Virus record (IMG/VR): IMGVR_UViG_3300020336_000012
Span: 1 to 48,792 of that record
Direction: 5' to 3' (one strand)
DNA: 48,792 nt
DNA from: a virus
Taxonomy: Duplodnaviria; Caudoviricetes
Shown here: positions 16,980 to 27,228 of the stretch, piece after piece
How the letters are laid out: each line of letters opens with the position of its first letter
Position numbering within the stretch: the stretch's first letter is position 1
Translations under genes and position numbers: made by a program
Notes under the pieces: model-generated
What the model was told of the DNA's origin: nothing
The model's database searches: none
The model's input: only the letters and a program-made list of their open reading frames with translations

Positions 16980-19361
16980 TTAAACCTTTCTGATGCTAGA
17001 TATTCCTAATTTGGAAAGAGTGTTAGGGATAGTTCCTCCTGTTGCTGCTTTTTTTGTAACAGGAAAGTATCCCGGTGATATCTTATTAATAGATCTTCTA
17101 ACAGCAGCTATCTTTTCGTTTGAGGTTAACTCTTCTAACTCATCATCTGTGTACTCTTTACCAGCTGCATCTGCTAGTGGAGCTATCTTATAAAAATCAG
17201 GAGTATTCTTAAACCTGCTAACAGCGAGTTTACCATTGTTGTTTGCCATATCTGATTTTAATTTTGCAATATCTACTTTTAACTTAGCCCTTGATATTTT
17301 ATCTTTAGCAATGCCTTCAAGAGTTTCCCGTTGTTCTTTAGTAAACTCGTATGCAGACTGAGCATCTCTTCGTCTAGCAAGTGATTCTTTATTTGCTTTT
17401 TCAGCTAAGATTTCTTCTTGACTCTTGCTTCCTGCTAAAGACTTACCAGCCGCTTCCAAACCTGATTCTCTTCCACTTAATAACTGAAGACCTATTGCAA
17501 TAAGCTGTTGGTTAGAGATGGGAATTTTGTATCCAGCTTCCTTTTCTTTTTTAGCGTGTTCTTTTTTACCTGTTGCTAAAGCTACGTCTGGAGATAGTTT
17601 AGTTTCCATTTCCATTTGACCAAACACGACATCGTCTGCCCTGTTTGAATATCCCATTTCATCTATTTCTATATCTGATATTGTTTCAATATCTCCAAAA
17701 GCTTCAGGTTGAAAATCTCCCGGTAATCCTCTTGCAGAGTCTAATGGTTGTGCTGCTCCTATTTTTTCAGATAGCTTTTTTTCTCTTAGTGCTTTTGCTG
17801 ATGCTTCCTCTGTTGGATCTCTTCGATCCATTGGAAGAGGAAAAGCTTTAGAAAGAGTTTGTCCAATATTTTCACGATTAAGTTCAGAAATTTGTTGTTG
17901 TAATCCCATTCTGTTTTTAAGTTCTAGTGCTTTCCTTTTTCTTTGTTCTCTTACCCTATCCGCATATGCTGTTGAGGCAGCTAAAGCATCAGAAGGAACA
18001 CCTTTACCTTCATTAAACCTCATCTGAGGTCCAGCCACTGAAGCAAGCCCACCCATCATACCGATGTCTTCTGTGTAAGCTTGTCCCGGAACACCACCAT
18101 AAGCTAATCCTATTGGACCACCTGTATAAGACCTCATCATAGTCTCATCCGTCATAGTCTCATCCATCTCGTCAGTAGTAACTTCTCTAGCTGAGTCCAT
18201 ATCAAAATCATCTACAGCTGGAGCCTGACCAAGACCTTGTAATCCTGTCATGCTATCTATATCCATAACATCTGTAACTTGTTCTTCTTCAATAGGCATA
18301 GAGATAGATTCAATAGTTGTTGAAGCTATTGCAGGATGTGCATGTAACGCATCCATTCCCGGTGTAGGCATAGTTATGTTACCCATACCAATACCTGCTA
18401 ACTTATCTATAGCATCTGTAACTACATCTTGAGTTACATCACCGCCTCTTGCATAAGTTGTACCGCCAGCTGCATATTCAACAGGACCGCCTTTAGCTTT
18501 ACCCATTCCAAACAGACCAGCACCTAACGAAGCAATACCTCCTAACTGCTGTAATCCACTTTGAGGTGTGGATGTTGTCTTATCTATAAATTGATTAGGT
18601 GGTGGAGTAGCACCACGAATAATCGCAGAGTACTCAGCTAACTTCTGTGTGTCGAATCCTTCTTGTGATTTAAAGTCCTGTAGTGCTATATCTCTAGCTT
18701 GTTGTGCCAGAGCTTGTTCAGCAGTAGCAGCTTTCTCTACACCAGCTATACCGCTTGTGAGAGCCTGTTGTTGGGCTTGTCCTAACTGTCCTAACTGTGC
18801 AGATGATGCAAGTTGTCTTTGTTTGTCAGCTTGTGAAGCAGCCAGTGCATTTTGGAATGCTGCCATGTTACTTCGTTCTTCAAGATCTGTAAGTTCTCGT
18901 TGTGTGTCTCTGTCAAACATAGCTTCAGCTACGCCTTGTCTGCTTCCACCGTAAGCACCTGACCGTGCAGCTGCATCTCCTATACCTTTACGAGCCACTC
19001 CTCTACGCTCTGTAGCGTTACGTAACAGTTGATCCGTTACCAGTTGTTGGTATGGATTCATATAGGATTCAAGATTAGTATCAGGAAAACCTGTACCAGC
19101 AGCTTGGGTTCCAGATATAGCATCGTTATAAACCCCTTGACTCATACGAGCTAAGTCCATGTCTTGTAAAGCTGTTAGAGCGTCAGTACGGCTCTCAGGT
19201 GTATCAACTAAACGTGACTCAGGAAAGGGTTCATACTCTCTCTGGTACTGCTGTTGTGCGCCTTCTAATACGTCTTCAAGATACGGCTGAAAGTAAGCAG
19301 GATACTCTTGTCGAACCTGTTGAACCGTACTACTTGTTGGTGTTGATCTTGAACTGCCCAT
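16980..19361 (-). CDS. internal virion / DNA-ejection protein
   Basis: Gln/Ala-rich N-terminal domain with YMNPY and AA.SGAYGGSRQ.VAE motifs typical of podophage DNA-transfer proteins; position after the GNAT-like gene. Confidence 0.6.
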   Translation of the reverse strand: MGSSRSTPTSSTVQQVRQEYPAYFQPYLEDVLEGAQQQYQREYEPFPESRLVDTPESRTDALTALQDMDLARMSQGVYNDAISGTQAAGTGFPDTNLESYMNPYQQLVTDQLLRNATERRGVARKGIGDAAARSGAYGGSRQGVAEAMFDRDTQRELTDLEERSNMAAFQNALAASQADKQRQLASSAQLGQLGQAQQQALTSGIAGVEKAATAEQALAQQARDIALQDFKSQEGFDTQKLAEYSAIIRGATPPPNQFIDKTTSTPQSGLQQLGGIASLGAGLFGMGKAKGGPVEYAAGGTTYARGGDVTQDVVTDAIDKLAGIGMGNITMPTPGMDALHAHPAIASTTIESISMPIEEEQVTDVMDIDSMTGLQGLGQAPAVDDFDMDSAREVTTDEMDETMTDETMMRSYTGGPIGLAYGGVPGQAYTEDIGMMGGLASVAGPQMRFNEGKGVPSDALAASTAYADRVREQRKRKALELKNRMGLQQQISELNRENIGQTLSKAFPLPMDRRDPTEEASAKALREKKLSEKIGAAQPLDSARGLPGDFQPEAFGDIETISDIEIDEMGYSNRADDVVFGQMEMETKLSPDVALATGKKEHAKKEKEAGYKIPISNQQLIAIGLQLLSGRESGLEAAGKSLAGSKSQEEILAEKANKESLARRRDAQSAYEFTKEQRETLEGIAKDKISRAKLKVDIAKLKSDMANNNGKLAVSRFKNTPDFYKIAPLADAAGKEYTDDELEELTSNEKIAAVRRSINKISPGYFPVTKKAATGGTIPNTLSKLGISSIRKV

Positions 19362-19362
19362 T

Positions 19363-19785
19363 TTAAAATTCTCTTTCTACTATCCAAACACTCTGTTTAA
19401 ATCCGTCATCCTTTAACTTTCGGACCCATCCCTTTCTTCCTACTACTTCTGCTAAATCACATCTGTTTAATTGAGCAAATGAAGATAGCATTTCAAACAT
19501 AGAAGAATACCACTTATTTAAATGATCTCCACAACACAGTAGAATGGTAAATACTTTCTTTCTAGGATACACCGTAAACTGTGTAACAACCACACCATCT
19601 ATATTACTTGTGTCCGTGTTAATAGGTATCCATAAATCAAATAATTTGTTTTCTATTCCTTCTATAATATCTTGTTTCTCATATCTTCCTCCTGTATAAG
19701 GTATAACATTATTTAAATGTTTATCTATTAAAGGAAGAATTCTGTATACGTCCTCATGTGGAACGCCTGATACTTCATATGTCAT
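19363..19785 (-). CDS. GNAT-fold virion assembly protein (T7 gp13-like position)
   Basis: FA....CD..EVVGRKGWVRKL...GF motif; lies between nozzle and ejection proteins. Confidence 0.55.
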   Translation of the reverse strand: MTYEVSGVPHEDVYRILPLIDKHLNNVIPYTGGRYEKQDIIEGIENKLFDLWIPINTDTSNIDGVVVTQFTVYPRKKVFTILLCCGDHLNKWYSSMFEMLSSFAQLNRCDLAEVVGRKGWVRKLKDDGFKQSVWIVEREF

Positions 19786-19791
19786 ATATAA

Positions 19792-21504
19792 CTAAGCTCT
19801 TTGAAATAAAGAGGCTAACCCTTTCATTACGTCTTGTCCTTCAGGAACTAACGGTCCCGGTTGCTTTCCTCCTGTATTTGTTTTGTTAGCTCTTACATTA
19901 TCCATAAAGTTAGTCAACATCTGTTGGCCCTGTTTTAAGTCTGGTCCTTTAGCCCCCATAAACATCTGTGGTAGATTAGCAATAGTTCTAGTGTCAACTA
20001 CTAATTCATCTCGTGCAACCCTTGCTGCTGTCTTTCCTTGAGGTGTCATCTGCTTTAAAGGATTATTACCAACGTTAAGTCTTACTGGGCTTGTGTCTTG
20101 TATAACAGTACTTACACTATCACTCAACCCCGTGCCGGGAACAGGACCAGCTGCTGTTGTTACTCTTCCTAACATTGATCCATCAGGTCCGGCTACAGAT
20201 CCATCTAACGGAATACCAAGAAGCCCTGACATTCTTTCTATACCAGATTCTGTGGAACCGTCACCTACACCTGACACAACATCAGCAGATATAACAAAGG
20301 AACCGGGATCTAAGTGTTTATCTGAAGGAGCTATACCACCCGGAGCAAGTTGTGCTATGCCTCCTTTAGCAAAATAGCTAAAATCGGCAACATCGCTATA
20401 CATATCTCCAAATGCTTCATTAGATGCTTCATCATCTTCTGCTGTAACAGCATCCTGAAACTGATCCATTGCACCGTAGAAATTATCTCGTTGTTGATTA
20501 GCAGCTGCTTGTGCTGCTTGTTGAGCATTTATATCATCCTGTACGTTTTGAAAACTTCCAGCAGCTTCTCCCCATCCACCAACACCGGGAGTTTGAAAAC
20601 CACCCTCACCCATTATCTCTCCAAATTCATTCATACTTCGGCCTTGCTGTATGCCGTCTATATAACTTGCTAACGCTCCCGTTTCAGCAGCATTTAGTAA
20701 TGTTTGATCTGTTACTCCTCCTGTTATTGCATTCATCATTGATTTTATAAAACCTGTTTTTTTAGAAGCTTCTTGTCGTGAAAGAGCAGGAAGACCTTTT
20801 TCTGCTCTCTCTCTATTAACACTATTTAAGGCCATATCTCTTGTAGTTAATTCATTTGGACTTTCTGTAAATTTTGTTTTAGTTGGCCCTGTAAGTCCTT
20901 TTGCTATGCTTTCTTTTATATCTGCGTATTCTTTATCTCCTGTTGTTAGTTCTTCTTTTGATTTGTTTAAATCAGATTCTATTCCCGCTTGTCCTAAAAA
21001 AGTAGCAAGCTTACCGAATACAGGAATTTGACCTACAGGTCCACGTAATGCTTTTATTGTTTCTTTTGCGTTGGTTGCACGATCTCTTATTGAATCTCCT
21101 CTTGCAGGAGTGTCTAAATAATCAATATCACTGTCAGTCCAAAAGTCTTCAGCTACACTAACAGGAACATCTTGTTGTTGTCTGGCTACCACAGCAGCTG
21201 GTTCTTCAGCAAGAGTTGCTCTGTCAAATATATTTATACCGGGATTGTTAGCTAACTGAGTATAGTCAATGTTTGTTCTACGCATACGTCCACTAGGCTG
21301 TGGCTTAGTATGTGTATCAGGATTATATCTGTAGGTGCGCTTCTTTCCATTTATGTCTTCATACGTGACGCTTCCAGTAAGCTCATCTGCCACTGTTTCC
21401 CCTTCAGCGTACCTTTTCTTAGCGAACTGTTGTCCAACAGGCTTACCTACAAAACGACTGAGGTCGCCATAGTTTAATTGTTTTGACATGTTTGATCTAT
21501 TCAT
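19792..21504 (-). CDS. putative internal virion protein with C-terminal 'G.G.SDS...A...E.V' domain
   Basis: FAKGG, GSFVISADVVSG.GDGS..SG, GTGLSDSV, ARVARDELVV. Confidence 0.55.
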   Translation of the reverse strand: MNRSNMSKQLNYGDLSRFVGKPVGQQFAKKRYAEGETVADELTGSVTYEDINGKKRTYRYNPDTHTKPQPSGRMRRTNIDYTQLANNPGINIFDRATLAEEPAAVVARQQQDVPVSVAEDFWTDSDIDYLDTPARGDSIRDRATNAKETIKALRGPVGQIPVFGKLATFLGQAGIESDLNKSKEELTTGDKEYADIKESIAKGLTGPTKTKFTESPNELTTRDMALNSVNRERAEKGLPALSRQEASKKTGFIKSMMNAITGGVTDQTLLNAAETGALASYIDGIQQGRSMNEFGEIMGEGGFQTPGVGGWGEAAGSFQNVQDDINAQQAAQAAANQQRDNFYGAMDQFQDAVTAEDDEASNEAFGDMYSDVADFSYFAKGGIAQLAPGGIAPSDKHLDPGSFVISADVVSGVGDGSTESGIERMSGLLGIPLDGSVAGPDGSMLGRVTTAAGPVPGTGLSDSVSTVIQDTSPVRLNVGNNPLKQMTPQGKTAARVARDELVVDTRTIANLPQMFMGAKGPDLKQGQQMLTNFMDNVRANKTNTGGKQPGPLVPEGQDVMKGLASLFQRA

Positions 21505-21807
21505 TTAATTAAAGTCCTGCCACGCTGATCCGTTGTAACCTTGAAACTTGTTTGTTGATGTATTATACCGCATATCTCCTGCTACGGGAGTAACACTTGT
21601 AGTAACTTCTCCTACTCTTATTCGTCCTTGAACTGCTATACTAGAGTTATTGTCTACTTCTACTTTACGTTTAATAACTGTAGCATCTTGAGTCTCTAAA
21701 GAACCTCTTAAATTATTAGCCCAATTCTCGTTTAACTCCCACATCTTACGTGTAATGTTATCATTAAATGAAAAAGGAAATCTAGGAAATACTGGATAAT
21801 GAGCCAT
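21505..21807 (-). CDS. small tail-associated protein
   Basis: C-terminal GDMRYNT...KFQGYNG..W motif of the kind seen in fibre proteins. Confidence 0.5.
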   Translation of the reverse strand: MAHYPVFPRFPFSFNDNITRKMWELNENWANNLRGSLETQDATVIKRKVEVDNNSSIAVQGRIRVGEVTTSVTPVAGDMRYNTSTNKFQGYNGSAWQDFN

Positions 21808-21809
21808 CG

Positions 21810-23975
21810 TTATCTTTTCCCATCTGGCATTACATCCATCCTAATTGTTCCTACATTAAATCTTGTATTAGGTGTCCCTGTTGAAACTCTTATCTTTGCT
21901 GTTCTTCCTCTTGCTCTTGGTCTAATGTACGAAGTGTTACCGCTTATCTCAAATGGTCCTTTTTCTATCTCAACATCATTAGGGTGATATTTAGTTTTAA
22001 TACTTAATTGTAAATTACCTACACTAACTCTTACATCTGGTATAACTCTATCTATAAATAGTATATCGTCACCATCGCCTAGATCAAACTCTCCACTCTC
22101 AATAAACGAAGGCATGTCCTGACCATCTGCTGTATGTGTGTTAGGTGGTTCGTTGTCGTAAAGAAAGTTTAAGTCTGTACTTGTGTTTGGAGAAGATATA
22201 GAAGCACCTGTTGTTATTACAGTATTGATTATATTCTTATCTTCCCACGTTGTCCAGATAGCCTCTCCAAAAGTCCAGTAGTTTTGAGAAGGACTATAGG
22301 TTACATACCTATTACACTCCGATGAATCAGCACTTGGATACAGCCATGTAACTTCTCCGAACTCTGAATTAACACCACAGTAAACCTTTCTTGCATTAGT
22401 AAAGTTAAAGTCTTCAAACACGTAACGTTTAACTGTGCTTGGAAGAACCTGTACTTGTCCTGAATAAACGTAGAAGTTACTGTCACCCATCCAGTATGTT
22501 CGTCCATCAAATTCTGCCATAGCGTGTTTAGCAACAAGACCACAGTTAGTACCTAGCTGTCGTGTTCCGAAAACAAAAGGATCACCTATAAACTCTAAAC
22601 CTGTTAAGGCTGTGTCTGTCCATACTAACACAAGGTTACCAGCTGCTAATCCACCGATGATTTCTGAACCGTTATTTATACGGATACTACCAGCTGTGTT
22701 TGTAGTTGATTCTGTCCAATCTGTTAGATTCTCATTAGCTGACCATCGAACTAACATAGGATCAAATGTTCCTGTTGAATCTGTTACTCCAAGACACATG
22801 CCTTGTCTGGCTACTGGGCTTACAAGAAACCCATTCGACTCTGCTGGCGCACCTGACACAAGTAAAGCTACATTGTCCAGACCATTTGTTTTATCCCACT
22901 CAAATATACCACCTTGTGGGTAAGGATTTATTACAAGATTTTCTCCAAAATTATCCATAGACCATTCACGAATATCAAGAAGAATACCACTTTCTGTAGC
23001 AGGTTCATTCCATGCTCTGTATGTAGAGACACTGACGGGAACAACATTCATAAAAATGTTAGTTCCTTTTCCTGCTCCTGTTCCTGTTGCTGTAGCACCA
23101 GTTACGATATGAAAAGAGTTTGTACTTATCACGCTTACTTCATACTGACCACTAACAGAAGTTATTCCTTGTAATCCTGCTCCCGGCCAGTTGCTTACCT
23201 TAACGTAACTTCCTGTTGCTCTGTTATGGTCACTTACACTAACAGTAATAGTTGTCTCACCAGTAACAAAATTAAACACGCTTGAGTAAGCAGTCATTGT
23301 AAATGGATCAGCTTGATACGTATCAGCACCGTATCCTAATCCACCAGCTGCAACAGACGCTCCTGATCTTAAACGAACCGCATAAGTTGCTTTACCTTTA
23401 CTTACACTTGTTGCATCAGCAGCACTTCCAACTACGAATACAAATGAATTAGCATCTATAACACTTACTTGATAATCACCTCTAACTGAAGTAATACCAC
23501 CCGGATACGTACCTGCACCTGTTCCTCCGCTTGTCGGACTCCAAGCACTAACAGTAATAAATGAATTGGTAAATATACCATGTGCAGTTATACTAGCAGT
23601 TATGGCAGTTGATCCGTCTGTTGTATTAAACGCACCTGTTACAGTTGTAAACCATGCACTTCTAGGTTGGGATACAGACACATCGTAAGGAGTTATGTCG
23701 TAGAGTTGTCCACCATAGTTTATGTAAGCTTTATGTTCAGTGGCAAAACCAATAAACTCTTTACTGTCTAAAGCAGCCCATGTTTGTATTGCCCGTCCTG
23801 TTCCTATAAAAGAAGACGTTAATCGTTTCTGCCACCCTCTTATACTTTCTGGTTTTCCATTTCTAAAACGAACACGATTTCCATCAAACCAGCCACCTTC
23901 AGCAGCGTACTCTGTAGACTCACGCATGATACCCGGACGGAACTCATATTTTACTGTTCTTGTTTCAGTAGACAT
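21810..23975 (-). CDS. tail nozzle / head-stabilisation protein (P22 gp10 / T7 gp12-like)
   Basis: PGI.RE.T.Y..EG.W.DG..VRF, WS.DNFGE.L, VRWS..E, WTD..L, FGEV.W.YPS, R.RGR motifs; two inserted beta-rich repeats. Confidence 0.7.
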   Translation of the reverse strand: MSTETRTVKYEFRPGIMRESTEYAAEGGWFDGNRVRFRNGKPESIRGWQKRLTSSFIGTGRAIQTWAALDSKEFIGFATEHKAYINYGGQLYDITPYDVSVSQPRSAWFTTVTGAFNTTDGSTAITASITAHGIFTNSFITVSAWSPTSGGTGAGTYPGGITSVRGDYQVSVIDANSFVFVVGSAADATSVSKGKATYAVRLRSGASVAAGGLGYGADTYQADPFTMTAYSSVFNFVTGETTITVSVSDHNRATGSYVKVSNWPGAGLQGITSVSGQYEVSVISTNSFHIVTGATATGTGAGKGTNIFMNVVPVSVSTYRAWNEPATESGILLDIREWSMDNFGENLVINPYPQGGIFEWDKTNGLDNVALLVSGAPAESNGFLVSPVARQGMCLGVTDSTGTFDPMLVRWSANENLTDWTESTTNTAGSIRINNGSEIIGGLAAGNLVLVWTDTALTGLEFIGDPFVFGTRQLGTNCGLVAKHAMAEFDGRTYWMGDSNFYVYSGQVQVLPSTVKRYVFEDFNFTNARKVYCGVNSEFGEVTWLYPSADSSECNRYVTYSPSQNYWTFGEAIWTTWEDKNIINTVITTGASISSPNTSTDLNFLYDNEPPNTHTADGQDMPSFIESGEFDLGDGDDILFIDRVIPDVRVSVGNLQLSIKTKYHPNDVEIEKGPFEISGNTSYIRPRARGRTAKIRVSTGTPNTRFNVGTIRMDVMPDGKR

Positions 23976-23980
23976 TTATA

Positions 23981-25048
23981 TTAACTCGCAGTAAAGTTTG
24001 ATATCGCTGCTATGTCTATAGCCTTTAGTGTACCATCCGAACTAACATCCCTTACAAAATAAGTTAAAAGATCAACTGATCCAGCTGCTGCTGTTTTAGT
24101 AGGAGCTATTCCTCCCGGAAACTTCCATACACTTGTTGGAAAAGAGAAAGTAGAACTAGCAGCACTGGTTCCATTAACAAGATATATAGCTCCTGTTTGT
24201 CCTACCAGACCATTTGTAGGAGTAGTTAAACTAACAGATACTGCTCCTGAAATTGCTCCACTTGCTTTAACATAAAAGAAATTAGTTTGTGATAAATCTA
24301 TTGTAGTAGTAGCACTACATACAATCGTTGTCATAGCACACATGCTTCTTTTATTAACAGATACATCACCATTAAATGTAGCTACAGATGCAAATGTTGT
24401 ATGACCTGCTAAATTTGCTGGACCTGTTGCACTTAGATTTGTAATTAAACCGCTATTAAAACTTGTAGCACTTATAGAACTTTGAGTAATTCGTCCAAAG
24501 TTAAACGAAGGATCACCAGCTGTTACACCAATTGAAACACTTTGTAGAAATGAACTATTTATTTGGTTGTCTGTATCACCTACACTTGATGCATAAAAAC
24601 CAGAGAATAAAGGAACAACGGTAGTAGGTGTAGCGAGTAAACCCATCGTTGAGTTCTTTGGAACATTTGATCCTACATTACCAGCGTTATAGACTTTAAC
24701 TTTAAAGTTATTAGGATTACGAACGATATACATTTTACCGCCCCAATCTACACCATCGTTAGTTGCTGTAGTAAAAGTAGGAACAATCAAATTAACGATA
24801 GAGGTTGCATCAGATCTTGTTCCAGTTAATCCTAATACTGTTAGTCTTCCTGTATCACCTCTTCCATTATTCTGTGTAAGTGCTATAGTTGTTGCTGTTG
24901 AGAAATCTATATCACCAGTTATATTCGTACTGAATGCGTTGTCCACCATATCAATGACGTTATCATTAAGTATAGTTCCCCACGTATTTGCATTTTCTCC
25001 TGCTCCCTGTTTAGCAAGAAGGAGAGTGTTTGTATAACTAGTAGCCAT
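23981..25048 (-). CDS. tail fibre / fibre-attachment structural protein
   Basis: M.TSY...L......GE...TWG...N.N N-terminus; Ser/Thr-rich; C-terminal domain paralogous to 31328-32473. Confidence 0.6.
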   Translation of the reverse strand: MATSYTNTLLLAKQGAGENANTWGTILNDNVIDMVDNAFSTNITGDIDFSTATTIALTQNNGRGDTGRLTVLGLTGTRSDATSIVNLIVPTFTTATNDGVDWGGKMYIVRNPNNFKVKVYNAGNVGSNVPKNSTMGLLATPTTVVPLFSGFYASSVGDTDNQINSSFLQSVSIGVTAGDPSFNFGRITQSSISATSFNSGLITNLSATGPANLAGHTTFASVATFNGDVSVNKRSMCAMTTIVCSATTTIDLSQTNFFYVKASGAISGAVSVSLTTPTNGLVGQTGAIYLVNGTSAASSTFSFPTSVWKFPGGIAPTKTAAAGSVDLLTYFVRDVSSDGTLKAIDIAAISNFTAS

Positions 25049-25050
25049 TG

Positions 25051-25725
25051 TTACTGTGTTCCTTGTTGTAGATTATCTTGACCTCCAGCTGGATTTGCTG
25101 CTATTTCCATATCATCTCTTCTTGCTCTCCGTGCTTCATTATTTAAGAACACTGCTTCACGTTGATACATTTGATCCCAATATGCAGCTGCTGCTGGATT
25201 TTTCATCCAATACAGTGCTTCTACCATACTCGCATAAAACAGAGCGTTTGCACAGTACTCAGTAAAGTAGTTCTGTTCGTTTGTAGCAGATGCCAAAGCT
25301 GCTGGTTGAGCAACATAAGACATCTCAACACTATAAGCTGAAGCTGGTGCAGGTGCTATAAGTAATTGATTAGCTCCCCAGTTAGCATAGTAACGTGGGT
25401 AACCTACTGATGTTCTATCAGGCCAGTAGTCATTTAAGTAATCTTTACTTCTTAAAAGAAGCTGAGTTCTTTGTCCTGTAGATGTTGTAAAGTTAACATT
25501 TCTAACAATAAGAGATCTATTAGGAACAGCTGGTTTAGCTAAAAAAGGATCTGCTTGTATGAAAAAACTTGTGGCAAAGTTTGTTAAACCCAACACATCT
25601 GTTTCTCGTGTTAATCTAAGTTCTGCTCTGTCAATAAAAGAATCAACTGCTTCTGCAAACTCTGACCCATCATTTTCAGATGCATCTTTAATTCTTTTAA
25701 CTAGTACTGTATATGTTAAAGCCAT
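25051..25725 (-). CDS. head-tail adaptor protein
   Basis: FI..AE.RL.R, G.PRYYA.W, APAP...Y.VE..Y...P, LFYAS.VEA. Confidence 0.65.
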   Translation of the reverse strand: MALTYTVLVKRIKDASENDGSEFAEAVDSFIDRAELRLTRETDVLGLTNFATSFFIQADPFLAKPAVPNRSLIVRNVNFTTSTGQRTQLLLRSKDYLNDYWPDRTSVGYPRYYANWGANQLLIAPAPASAYSVEMSYVAQPAALASATNEQNYFTEYCANALFYASMVEALYWMKNPAAAAYWDQMYQREAVFLNNEARRARRDDMEIAANPAGGQDNLQQGTQ

Positions 25726-26169
25726 TTAATTATTGCTTTCTAATGTCCAAATAAATGTTCTTGTAGGTGGTGTAGTTAATAACCATACTCTTATATCTTC
25801 GTTAAACCTTGCTTCTGCTCCTGTTAAAGAAACAGTCATGTTAGTTATATTAGTAAAGGCACCTGCGTTATAAGTAGCATTTGTTCCTGTTAAGCTTACA
25901 TTATTTACATTGATAACGCTAAACGTATCAGCGTTATATTTTGATCCTGTTCCGGTTAAATCTACACTTTGGTTACCTTCAAGTATAAAGTCAGAAGCAT
26001 TCCAATTAGCATCTGCACTTCCTAAACTTATACTAGCATTACCATTAACACTAAATATATTGGTATTCCATACTGCATTTGCACCGCTTAAAGAAACAAA
26101 CGCATTATGAGCTTCACCTGCATAAGATGAAAAAGGTGCTGTACTAAAAGGTGACTCTCCGAACATCAT
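25726..26169 (-). CDS. small beta-repeat virion protein
   Basis: MFG..PFS..PFSS N-terminus and repeated VSL(S/T)G units of about 22 aa. Confidence 0.55.
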   Translation of the reverse strand: MMFGESPFSTAPFSSYAGEAHNAFVSLSGANAVWNTNIFSVNGNASISLGSADANWNASDFILEGNQSVDLTGTGSKYNADTFSVINVNNVSLTGTNATYNAGAFTNITNMTVSLTGAEARFNEDIRVWLLTTPPTRTFIWTLESNN

Positions 26170-26175
26170 GTAACT

Positions 26176-26703
26176 TTACTCTTCCAGTTCAGGCCAATCA
26201 AATAGTACCCCTGATTTTTTACCGTCTTTATCCCACACTACAAATAGAGCTATAAACGCATCCATATCTTTTGCATCTGTAATAGCTTTCTCCATCTCAG
26301 TAGCTTTAGTTCTTATAGCTGCTCTCCATGTTGCTATCTTAGCTGGTATGTCTGTACCTGTATCGGCTTTACGAACTACAGCCCAATCTGTTTGAGCTAG
26401 TAAAGAACCTTGTTGTTCTTTAACTTGATTAATGTGTCCCTGACGTATACCTCTTACAGTTCTACCATCTGTAGTAACATCATCTAAAGGTTTCGCTTTA
26501 ATATCAGATATACCACCAAGACCATTATCTATCCAGTTATAAAACCTACGATCTGGTTTAGCGTCTAAAGTAATCTCTTCTATGTTCATAGATGCTTTAT
26601 GTTCTTTACTCCAGATATGCCAATTAGCTGGATGCTGTATTCCATTAACATCTTTCCATCCTTTATTGGGTTTTATCTCTGTAGTTTTATTATATAAAAA
26701 CAT
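26176..26703 (-). CDS. tail-fibre assembly chaperone-like protein
   Basis: LL.QTDW.VVRK.D....IP.....WRAAIR...WP. Confidence 0.6.
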   Translation of the reverse strand: MFLYNKTTEIKPNKGWKDVNGIQHPANWHIWSKEHKASMNIEEITLDAKPDRRFYNWIDNGLGGISDIKAKPLDDVTTDGRTVRGIRQGHINQVKEQQGSLLAQTDWAVVRKADTGTDIPAKIATWRAAIRTKATEMEKAITDAKDMDAFIALFVVWDKDGKKSGVLFDWPELEE

Positions 26704-26715
26704 TTACCTTTTGTC

Positions 26716-27228
26716 CTATTTCTTCATGTTAGATATAATTATATAAAAAGTAATAAAGCAACCACCAACAACTAAGATAACACTTCCTATAATCTCTAAA
26801 GCTTTATACCACTTTCTAGTTAACTCACTCTTTTCTCTTTTTTGTTTATCTAATTGTTTTTTATGTTTCTCTAATCTATTATTACGTTCTATAAGTATTT
26901 CTTCCCAAGTCCCAAGACCAAATCTTTTGTTAATCATTAATCTTACTTTAGCAACTTGCTCTTCAGCTAACTTTTCTTCTATAGTTTCTTTAGCTATAGC
27001 TCCTATTGATAATCTATCAGCAGTAGATCCTAAAGTCTTACCTAAAAAACTATCCCATTTACTAGCTATAGGATGTGACTGCTTCTTTACTTCTTCTTTA
27101 CCTTTAAATAAATTATCAATGTCATCTGCAATAGAAGATATATCTTTAGCTGTTCCTATTGCACTTCTAATTCCTTTGACTGTACTATTTATTAATGCCA
27201 ATCCTGCTAGTGTTTCTGCAACTACCAT
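26716..27228 (-). CDS. membrane-anchored hypothetical protein
   Basis: coiled coil plus C-terminal transmembrane helix. Confidence 0.55.
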   Translation of the reverse strand: MVVAETLAGLALINSTVKGIRSAIGTAKDISSIADDIDNLFKGKEEVKKQSHPIASKWDSFLGKTLGSTADRLSIGAIAKETIEEKLAEEQVAKVRLMINKRFGLGTWEEILIERNNRLEKHKKQLDKQKREKSELTRKWYKALEIIGSVILVVGGCFITFYIIISNMKK

